Part shown: positions 28,078-35,642 of the stretch, piece by piece | Layout: every line of letters begins with the position of its first letter | Position numbering within the stretch: the first letter of the stretch is position 1 | Origin: Bacillales bacterium UBA1361 | GTDB lineage: Bacteria; Bacillota_I; Bacilli_A; RFN20; CAG-826 | Direction of reading: 5' to 3' | DNA: 49,146 nt | Assembly: GCA_002306335.1 (NCBI GenBank) | Contig: DBRT01000037.1 | Coordinates: forward strand, 329 to 49,474 | Program-made: the position numbers and the translations under genes | Notes under the pieces: model-generated | Seen by the model: only the letters and a program-made list of their open reading frames with translations | Database searches by the model: none | Told to the model about the DNA's origin: nothing

Positions 28078-29214
28078 GTGTTAACCTTTTGTCTTTTAAT
28101 GCTTGTTAGTTGTAATGACAAAACTTCAAGTAGTAATATACCCTCCGAAGAAGTTACTAGTACACAAGTGACTTCAACACCAACATCCACCTCCCTTCCA
28201 AGTAGTGAACCGCTTGAAGAATCAAGTGATGAACCACTAACAAGCGAAGCATCAAGTAACACACCTTCATCTGAGCAATCAACAATTAATGAAGAACTGC
28301 AATTTATATCTAATTCAAGTCGTTACGGGAACACAAACGGGAATACTATGAACCGTAGCCTCGCGGTATATGACTTTGAACGAAAAATGCATTATTATGC
28401 AAATCGTGGTAGCATTTATGCTTATAATCCCGTAACAGCGACAAGCACAGAGTTACTTGCAGACATGTCAAGTATTACATATTTAACGCTTTATGAGAAC
28501 ACTATTTATTTTATCGGTAGTACCGAAAATTATTTATATACATATGACTTATTATCAATGACCACTGATCTTGTGCTAGAACGCGGTGTAAGTTATGCAT
28601 CACGCCAGACTAATTATTTATATTTAAAAACTACGATTGAAGGGTTTGGAGATGATTTCTATTTCGTTTGTTACAATTTAAGTAATATGACGATGATTAA
28701 ATATAGTAGTATGCTTGATAATATTAATCATGTATGGAATAAAGTCATTTATACGGATAGTGAAGCACTGAAGATTAAATTAGCGTCTTATAACTTATCC
28801 GGTCGCACCACGATTGCTAATTTCACTGAACGCGGATTTAAAGCACTTAATTATGTGCATTTATTAAGTGAAGATTATGTCGATGAACATAATCGTTTAT
28901 TCTTTGTGTCTTTACAAACACAAGAAGGACCCGCGTATTACTTTTATGAAATAAAGACTGATACACTTACATTTATATGTAAAGGCGGAGCACATAGCGT
29001 TAATAATGATGATAAATATCTTTATTTAGTAATTGATCGTGATATCGTCATTTATAACTATGTTGAAAAGACTTATGAAAGAACAATATATTTTGATATG
29101 AGTGTCCGCAATTTAAATGTGATTAATCATTACCTTTATTATCAAAGTGGGGACCATAATGATCTTTATATGTATCACCCAGAAATGGTCGTGCCTTTTT
29201 GCTTAACAGCATAG
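28078..29214 (+). CDS. S/T-rich lipoprotein with YxxxxxIYF-type repeat (beta-propeller-like) body; the 5' end appears frameshifted
   Basis: Lipobox LLMLVSC. An SD (AGGAGAAAC) serves an ATG at 28058, which runs ATG AAA GCA AAA TAA. One extra A in the A4 run 28066-28069 would give MKAKIITVLTFCLLMLVSC. Confidence 0.6.
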   Translation: MLTFCLLMLVSCNDKTSSSNIPSEEVTSTQVTSTPTSTSLPSSEPLEESSDEPLTSEASSNTPSSEQSTINEELQFISNSSRYGNTNGNTMNRSLAVYDFERKMHYYANRGSIYAYNPVTATSTELLADMSSITYLTLYENTIYFIGSTENYLYTYDLLSMTTDLVLERGVSYASRQTNYLYLKTTIEGFGDDFYFVCYNLSNMTMIKYSSMLDNINHVWNKVIYTDSEALKIKLASYNLSGRTTIANFTERGFKALNYVHLLSEDYVDEHNRLFFVSLQTQEGPAYYFYEIKTDTLTFICKGGAHSVNNDDKYLYLVIDRDIVIYNYVEKTYERTIYFDMSVRNLNVINHYLYYQSGDHNDLYMYHPEMVVPFCLTA

Positions 29215-29236
29215 TAGTGAGGATTGACACTGATTT

Positions 29237-29259
29237 AACTCCCTAACTGGGAGTTTTTT
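29237..29259 (+). terminator. Terminator after the lipoprotein gene
   Basis: AACTCCC-taact-GGGAGTT followed by TTTT. Confidence 0.75.
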
Positions 29260-29357
29260 GGATTTAATAACTTAATTTACAGTATTAATATTAGAATCTA
29301 ATCTATACCAGTTCATACCATGATAATGTTATACTAATGAAAATAGGAGGTAGAACA

Positions 29358-30062
29358 ATGGAACAAAAATGTCCAATTTGTGGCAAGAAAACATCATCCT
29401 ATATTGGTAATGTGAGAAAAGATTGATTATGTCGAGAACATGCTAAACAACTAAAAGAAGGAAAAATAATAAAATGTGAAAATTGTGGTTCAATTATTAA
29501 AAGTGATGAACCTTGTCCGAATTGTGATCCAGTAAGTGCAACTGTAATAATTGATTCTCAAAATACTTGCATAACATGTGGTGAAAGAACTGATGGATAT
29601 CATTTTTGTAAGGTTTGTTATAACAAATATAAAGATAAAAATATAATAGTCAATATTGCAAAATGTAAGGAAGCGAAAATTTTAGAAGAGGATTACTACA
29701 ACACCATATACAAAACCGAGGATGGTCATCTGGTAAAAAGTAAAGATGAGGTTATTATTGATAATTTGCTTTTTAGTAGAAGAATATTTCATCAATATGA
29801 AAAGCCTTTTTATTCCAAAGATGGTGTTGAGATAACACCGGATTGGACATTACCACAATATAAAGATTTAGGTGATGTCATTATAGAGTATTGGGGAATA
29901 ACGAATGATGAAAAATATGAGGAATCAAAAAAATATAAATTAGATATATACAAAAAAGAAGGAGTTACATTAATTTCAATAGAGCAAAGTGAAATTAAAA
30001 ATCTTGCTGAAATTTTGGAAAGAAAACTAAAGACTGCAAAAAAAGGAAAAATTAATAGTTGA
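29358..30062 (+). pseudogene. Multi-zinc-ribbon protein with C-terminal PD-(D/E)XK-like domain, interrupted by one in-frame TGA (29424-29426)
   Basis: ATG follows AGGAGG. CxxC pairs: CPIC, CENC...CPNC, CITC...CKVC. C-terminus ITPDWTLP...VIIEYWG...KKYKLDIYKK. The frame is otherwise open for 234 codons. Confidence 0.65.
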
Positions 30063-30097
30063 GTTAATTTAAAATGCATATTTAGTAAATTTAAAAA

Positions 30098-30619
30098 ATG
30101 GAAATTATTAAAAGTTTAAAAGATAGTGAGTATCCAAAAGCCGCTTTATATAACGCCCGAATAGCGGCGCGCGGTGTATGTTTAAACGCAAAAGGGGAAA
30201 TAGCTTTGACCCATATTTTAGCAACGGATAAATTTGGTCACCGTGATTATTATGAATTACCAGGTGGCGGTAAGCGTATTAATGAAACAGTGTTAGAAAG
30301 TGCTATCCGTGAGATGGATGAAGAGCTTGGTGTAAAAGTTGAACTCTTAGCGAAAATTGGGATTATTCATGACTTTTATAATTTGATAAAACAAGAAAAT
30401 TATTCGTATTATTATTTATTTAAAGTGACAAAAGTTGGTCAGCGTCACTTTGAAGAAAGGGAATCGCGCCTTATTGATAAAATCGTCTGGGTTCCCATAC
30501 AAAAAGCCATTCTTTTGTACAAAGAACAACTAAAAATCAAAGGTGTTGGTTTGTTAGTAGCGCGTAGAGAACTGCCAATTCTTGAACTTGTGGCGAAATC
30601 CTTTGACAAATATGTTTAA
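30098..30619 (+). CDS. NUDIX hydrolase
   Basis: Nudix box GGGKRINETVLESAIREMDEELGV. Confidence 0.85.
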   Translation: MEIIKSLKDSEYPKAALYNARIAARGVCLNAKGEIALTHILATDKFGHRDYYELPGGGKRINETVLESAIREMDEELGVKVELLAKIGIIHDFYNLIKQENYSYYYLFKVTKVGQRHFEERESRLIDKIVWVPIQKAILLYKEQLKIKGVGLLVARRELPILELVAKSFDKYV

Positions 30620-30645
30620 GACAAGTAAAATATCTTTTGCTAACT

Positions 30646-30722
30646 GGCGGCCGTGGTGAAGCGGTTAACACACCTGGCTGTGAACCAGGCATTCGGGGGT
30701 TCAAGTCCCCTCGGTCGCCCCA
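30646..30722 (+). tRNA. tRNA-His (GUG) with encoded G-1 and CCA
   Basis: G-1 pairs with C73. Anticodon arm CCTGG-CTGTGAA-CCAGG. Confidence 0.9.
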
Positions 30723-30734
30723 GTTTATAACAAG

Positions 30735-30764
30735 AGGTTTGATGAAATATCAGACCTTTTTTTG
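30735..30764 (+). terminator. Terminator after tRNA-His
   Basis: AGGTTTGAT-gaaat-ATCAGACCT followed by TTTTTT. Confidence 0.75.
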
Positions 30765-30943
30765 TTAATAGAAATGTAAATAGGGTTGTTTTATATCTTT
30801 TCTTGGCAAAATTTTGGCATTTATTATGCTGTTCCTATGGGCATAAAGATATTTGCTATCTTGTTAATGGTGAATTAAAATAGTAAAGTGAAATTGAAAA
30901 TATTTATTATTTTAGTAATATTAATCACCGTGTTCGCATTAGT

Positions 30944-31903
30944 TTGATAAAAAGAGGGAATCAAAAAGATGAACAAAATCGAAAATGGTTAGCTAGGAGC
31001 GCCGTTATTTCGCTATTAATTAGTGCAATTATCACACCAGCGTTTTTTCGTAAGGACGCGGTAAAAACAAAAGCGGCAACGACGATACCGGTCTTAGTCG
31101 GCGATTCAATTGGATGGGAACCATCAGTGTCATAAAAATTCACGGAATATCCCGGCGGTTCTGATATTTATGTATATACCTTTACGCAGTCGCACGCTGG
31201 ATATTACAAAATATATGACTATAATACTGGGGCACCAATGGAAGACCTTCAATTTGATACGACACCATCGCTTTCACGCGATTATATTTATCGATATGAA
31301 GATTCGCCCGATGCTAACTTTATTACAATTTATCCCGGAGAAATTAAGGTTCAAGTTTTTAATCCTGATAACGCTGGGGGTAGTCCTGCGGGCGCAAGGC
31401 GGATGAAAGTCGAGTATACAAGTTTACTCGGGGCAACACCATCAACACCAACAGGTACATCTTCGTATGCATTGCGGGGCCCTGCTGTTGGTGACTGGAC
31501 AACGCACGATATTAATAATTGTTTAGTTGGTATCAGTGGTTATGATGGCCGTTATCTTTCACTTACTAGAGCCTTTAACGCTGATGATTTTAAAATCTTT
31601 GTGTACAAACAAACATTAAATGAACCTTATTAACGCGGATTTATTGATTTTGATGATCATAAGTCGAATGCAAGTGATGTAATTATGCCTGGTGATCCTT
31701 CTTCAGGTTATCATGAGAGTTTTGATGTAAATACTGCTGGAAATTATATGGTCGTTTATGATCTTAAAATGCAAAAAATTTACTTTCACAATGCTGGTAC
31801 AACGTATCATAAAGTAACAAAATATTATGGCGAACTTTTAATTGAAGAAGCAGCAGCCTTTACTGGTTTAAATTATACCCCGGCACCATTTTATCAACCT
31901 TAG
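30944..31903 (+). pseudogene. N-terminal part of a decayed surface/carbohydrate-binding-like protein gene (two in-frame TAA codons)
   Basis: ORFs 30944-31135, 31238-31633 and 31685-31903 share one frame. They are separated only by TAA at 31133-31135 and TAA at 31631-31633. An N-terminal TM segment is present. Confidence 0.6.
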
Positions 31904-31958
31904 AAAAAATACTTGATGAATTTGAAGAAATTTAAAACGAAAAAAGGAGAACAACTAA

Positions 31959-32213
31959 ATGACACTATCAAGAATTAAAGAATTACTCGAAAAACGATTT
32001 CAAATCAAGATGACAAGAAATCAAAGTTATCAACTCTTATGGCACAGACCCGGTGAGAAAATTTTAGTATCATATATCCGAATTGATTATAAGGTAATAG
32101 AAATTGTAAAAGGATTAACAACGCTAGAAACAGTATTCGCTGATGAAAGAGAATTAATTAAAATCTTAAACTCATTTGTGAATATTGCCGGCGAATTAAA
32201 TGGGACAAAGTAG
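31959..32213 (+). CDS. Hypothetical 84-aa protein inside the inserted segment
   Basis: ATG follows AAAGGAG. Overlaps the following methyltransferase fragment by 14 nt. No recognisable motif. Confidence 0.4.
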   Translation: MTLSRIKELLEKRFQIKMTRNQSYQLLWHRPGEKILVSYIRIDYKVIEIVKGLTTLETVFADERELIKILNSFVNIAGELNGTK

Positions 32214-32520
32214 CATATTTGATTTTCTGTATGAAGCTTATAAAATAACTAAACCGGTAAGAATTATCGACTTATTTGCGGGGTATGGAAGCCAACATTT
32301 GGCACTTACTTATTTAGGGGTCGATGTTAAAGGACATAAGATTGTAGAATGGGCAGTTCCAAGTATTCAAGCGTATAAAGACTTACATTACGCCAATATA
32401 GATACCGACCATACGCAAGGATTAACCGATGATGAAATTGTCAATGCTTTATTAGAAACGGCATATGTTCCAAAAGATTTAACAAGTGACATTACATTGT
32501 ACGCTAAATTTGTGGATTAA
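32200..32520 (+). pseudogene. Truncated DNA (cytosine-5) methyltransferase fragment (motif I/II region only)
   Basis: VRIIDLFAGYGSQHLALTYLG is C5-MTase motif I (FxGxG). There is no PCQ motif IV and no later motifs. The ORF stops after 106 codons. Confidence 0.6.
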
Positions 32521-33167
32521 TTTAAGGTTTTACAATCGTAATTTAGATATTAAAGTGGATAACGGCGGATTTAACGAGTATGTTGTATTTGCTTATGGTA
32601 AGAATACAGACGGAACTGAACCATTAGGAGGTTGGCCAGGCCGGATGATGCAAAAAAGTAGTAGATATGGGACATGAATTACCTTACGGCTATTATGCAC
32701 TTAATATTTCAGGACAAGATAGACCAGAAAAAGTTACTTTTAATAATGGATGTCAACCTTTCGAACCAGAGCATGTTTCAACCCCGGAACTTGTGTTACC
32801 CGCTGATAAGAATCTCTATGAAACAAGAAACTGTGACGCAACTGGGGCGGTTAATAATATCTCAAGTCATAAATGGGAGGAACTAGGAAATTTATTTAAT
32901 GAATTAGCGCCAGATGTGCAAGCAGACTTAAAAAATGCGACTGCAACATTAAGTGGTGACTTAGTGTCACAAGCTATGGCGCGTTATGTATATATTTTAC
33001 AAAAATATGGAACGGTTACATTTACAAACTTCATTGACCGTATACTACCACCAAGCGGTATACCCGCAGTTCGTGGTGATAATAAACAAAATTTCTATGT
33101 ACTAGGCATAATGGCCTTTATCGCTGTGGCGGGTTTTTTCTTCCTAAATCGTAAGCGTCGTTACTAA
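32483..33167 (+). pseudogene. C-terminal part of the decayed surface protein (CBM-like WPG module, frameshift at A6 run, C-terminal membrane anchor)
   Basis: ...YVVFAYGKNTDGTEPLGGWPGRMMQK shifts frame at 32652-32657 to VVDMGHELPYGYYALNISG...VTFNNG. It ends with the TM segment FYVLGIMAFIAVAGFFFL plus NRKRRY. Confidence 0.55.
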
Positions 33168-33202
33168 TAAGTTTAATAGTTATTGTATAAATTTAAAAAT
33201 AT

Positions 33203-33250
33203 AAAAAAGAGCGGTTATCATCATTTTATGAAGATGTACCGCTCCTTTAA
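33203..33250 (-). terminator. Long imperfect hairpin with T-run on the minus strand (terminator of the PstS-like gene)
   Basis: GAGCGGT...ACCGCTC with inner CATC/GATG pairing, preceded on the plus strand by AAAAAA. Confidence 0.6.
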
Positions 33251-33286
33251 GAATGTTATCGTGACAGTTAGATAACAAGTGATGCG

Positions 33287-34261
33287 CTATTCAAGTGCGG
33301 ACCACGTAATTGTTTCAGATTTGTAAATTTGTTTTAATTGATCGCGTGTAATGTCACTAAGGACATGGTTTTTATTGCTGACGACAGCAACGATAGCGTC
33401 TTTACTAATTACGCCATAACTGCCAACAAGTGCGGGTTCAGTTTCATTAATATCTAAATCCCGGGCTAAAAAACAAATATGAAGTGATTCAGCGCTATCT
33501 TTTTTAATCCCTTGTGTTGCTTCGTAAGCCATTTCATTACTAGTGTAGTTATGAACAGCTTTAAAGGCGGGCACTAAAGAAGTAAAAGCACTACTTAAGG
33601 CACGACTAATACTTTCGACAGATTTTGAACCACCAAGTTTAATGTGGATTGGTGCTTCATTAGTGTTATAAAGCATTTTCGCTAGAGCGCTATTTTCGCT
33701 TTTCGCTAAGAGTGTTGTAAAACTTTCAGCCTCTTCAATATTTTGGGTAACGATTCCGTCTTTGGCCTTAATAATACTTAAGCCTTCGCGTGACTTACTA
33801 AAGGCGATGAACCCTGTAATTAGGGCATATTCTTTTTCACTTAAGTCACTAGGAGCTTTTGTGATGTAGTTAAAGTTTCGTGATAATTTGTACGAATCAT
33901 CAATAATTGATTTTTCGGAGACGCGAACCCCTTCAATCATTAAAGCTTTAAGCTCGGAAGATTCAAGTGCGGCGTAGGAAATATATCCAATACCGTATAA
34001 ATCGTTATTGAGTAAAGAGATCATATCGCTATCATCCGCAGTTAGTGTAGCTCCTTTAATAATAGTGTTATCACTAATAGCGGCTTTAAAATCAATCGTG
34101 GTAAAAAAACTGTCACGTATGGTGGAAGAAGTTTCCCGTGTATAACGGGTAATAGTGTTACTTGTATCAAATGGCTCTTCCTTAATCCGCATGGATACAA
34201 GCTCGAGACTACCCATAGCAATCGCCATAAGTACTCCGATTCTGCAAATTGCATTTTTCAT
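33287..34261 (-). CDS. PstS/PBP_like_2-type periplasmic binding protein, apparently circularly permuted
   Basis: ATG at 34261 follows AAAGGAGGTG. Motif order is RETSSTIRDSFF, YGIGYISYA, then IKLGGSKSVESISRALSSAF, KDAIVAVVSNKN..ITRDQLKQIY..TITW. The canonical order is the reverse. Confidence 0.65.
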   Translation of the reverse strand: MKNAICRIGVLMAIAMGSLELVSMRIKEEPFDTSNTITRYTRETSSTIRDSFFTTIDFKAAISDNTIIKGATLTADDSDMISLLNNDLYGIGYISYAALESSELKALMIEGVRVSEKSIIDDSYKLSRNFNYITKAPSDLSEKEYALITGFIAFSKSREGLSIIKAKDGIVTQNIEEAESFTTLLAKSENSALAKMLYNTNEAPIHIKLGGSKSVESISRALSSAFTSLVPAFKAVHNYTSNEMAYEATQGIKKDSAESLHICFLARDLDINETEPALVGSYGVISKDAIVAVVSNKNHVLSDITRDQLKQIYKSETITWSALE

Positions 34262-34327
34262 ATCTGAACACCTCCTTTCAGACACATAAACTTTAAAGCA
34301 AACGAAGAGCCAGATATATCATAAAGC

Positions 34328-34354
34328 TGTAAAAAGTTGTAAAGAAGTTGTAAA
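34328..34354 (-). promoter_or_regulatory. Three phased TTTACA direct repeats (Pho-box-like) upstream of the PstS-like gene
   Basis: The minus strand reads TTTACA-N5-TTTACA-N4-TTTACA. Plus-strand TGTAAA lies at 34328, 34338 and 34349, 67-93 nt upstream of the ATG. Confidence 0.45.
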
Positions 34355-34700
34355 AGTGGTAGTTTTTCGCTGATGCTTTTGGTTAAAATATCATTAAAGT
34401 AATAGTTTTATTACTAAAAAACTTAAATTTTCCCGCAAAATTTTTAATTTTACAGTTAATTTAGGTTTGTTTTTAGTGTGCCTTTCTCACAAAAAAGTGA
34501 CAAATTAATAGTTAAAGATATAAAAAACAATAAAGCGAAATCTATTTTTTGATTCAGTTCATACTCCTATTGATAAACCTTCACCTGATCGTCGCGCATG
34601 TATATTTAATGTTTACTTTGCAGATGATATGTTAATTGTTGATTATAAGTAATAAGATACTTGTACAGTTACGATACTTTATTTATTAGCTGCATTTTTT

Positions 34701-34753
34701 ACCACAAATATAACTGGCAAAATACCACAAAAGTAAACAACAAAACACCACAA
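34701..34753 (+). repeat. Three ACCACAAA direct repeats spaced 22-23 bp in a long intergenic region
   Basis: ACCACAAA at 34701, 34724 and 34746. Confidence 0.5.
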
Positions 34754-34966
34754 AATATAGTAATTACTTTTTAAAACAATCGTGTAACGCATAATTTTAT
34801 GTGAAAACCATTTGTGCTCTTAAGGCATAAACAAAGTACAAAAATAGTTTTATAATGTTTGAAGTGGAAGAGATTATAATCAAAAAGTAAAAAAGTCTTT
34901 AATTTATAAAAAGTCTTATATTATATTTGCTAAAATAAAGATAATTGAAAAGAGGAGCTACTTATT

Positions 34967-35641
34967 ATGAGTCCACTAGAAATTGTGTTAGTAAGTGTCT
35001 TAGGCGCACTTATTTTAATTGTTGCCATTTATTTATTTATCGTACACACAAATGCAGTTAATCGCTTAGAAATATTTGAAGAAGTTAACAAAGAAGCCAA
35101 AAGCGGAAAGATTGCTTTTTTAGGTGATAGTTTAACAGACTTTTTTCCGATTCAAGATTTCTTTCCGGGTGTAAAGATATATAACCGCGGTATTGCTGGT
35201 GATACGACCAAAAATGTATTAAAAAGGCTTGATAATGTAGTAGCACTAGCGCCAAGTAAGTTATTTTTACAAATTGGCACGAATGACTTAGCCAAAGGAA
35301 GTAGTCCTCGTAAAATAGTCGCTAATATAAAAAAGATTATTACAACATTCAAAAAAGAAGTACCAAATATTGAAGTAATTTGCATTTCACTTTATCCTGT
35401 CTCACGCACTAAAAAGTTTTTATCCACATTTATTGTTGGATTAAGAACGAATAAGAAAATTAAAAAGACAAATGAACTCTTAATTAATTTTTGTGCTGAA
35501 GAAGGACTTAAATATTTAGATTTCTACACTCTTTTAGCGGATAAAAAAGGGCGGATTGACCGCCGTTATACAGTTGAAGGGTTACATATTTCAGGTAAGG
35601 GTTATGCGGTAATTGCAAAGGCCTTAGCCCCTTATTTATAA
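34967..35641 (+). CDS. Membrane-anchored SGNH/GDSL hydrolase
   Basis: N-terminal TM helix. Block I FLGDSLTD, block III GTND, block V-like region near the C-terminus. RBS AGAGGAG. Confidence 0.8.
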   Translation: MSPLEIVLVSVLGALILIVAIYLFIVHTNAVNRLEIFEEVNKEAKSGKIAFLGDSLTDFFPIQDFFPGVKIYNRGIAGDTTKNVLKRLDNVVALAPSKLFLQIGTNDLAKGSSPRKIVANIKKIITTFKKEVPNIEVICISLYPVSRTKKFLSTFIVGLRTNKKIKKTNELLINFCAEEGLKYLDFYTLLADKKGRIDRRYTVEGLHISGKGYAVIAKALAPYL

Positions 35642-35642
35642 A

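Noticed and set aside
30804-30819. Sigma-54-like promoter TGGCA-N7-GGCA (ttGGcaaaattttGGCAt)
   Set aside because: It has one mismatch in the -12 element, no obvious downstream gene or enhancer-binding protein, and rpoN is not expected in this lineage. It is probably a chance match.
31110-31406. ORFs 31110-31406 and 32674-32886 in alternative frames of the surface-protein locus
   Set aside because: Their translations are junk-like (MDGNHQCHKNSRNIP...; MNYLTAIMHLIFQDK...). They overlap the frame that carries coherent CBM-like sequence.
20398-33200. Prophage or integrative element at the tRNA genes
   Set aside because: No integrase, recombinase or phage structural genes are present. No direct repeat of a tRNA 3' end was spotted by eye. 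It is treated as an accessory/decay region instead, though a computational repeat search is still advisable.
34525-34653. YFADD in a short open frame as a reverse-transcriptase (YxDD) remnant
   Set aside because: It is only a five-residue resemblance. No other RT motifs lie upstream in any frame, there is no start codon, and the frame closes three codons after the motif region.
34701-34753. ACCACAAA iterons as DnaA boxes or a replication origin
   Set aside because: The best match to TTATCCACA has at least 2 mismatches. There are no dnaA/dnaN neighbours and no AT-rich unwinding element pattern I could define. It is kept only as an unexplained repeat.
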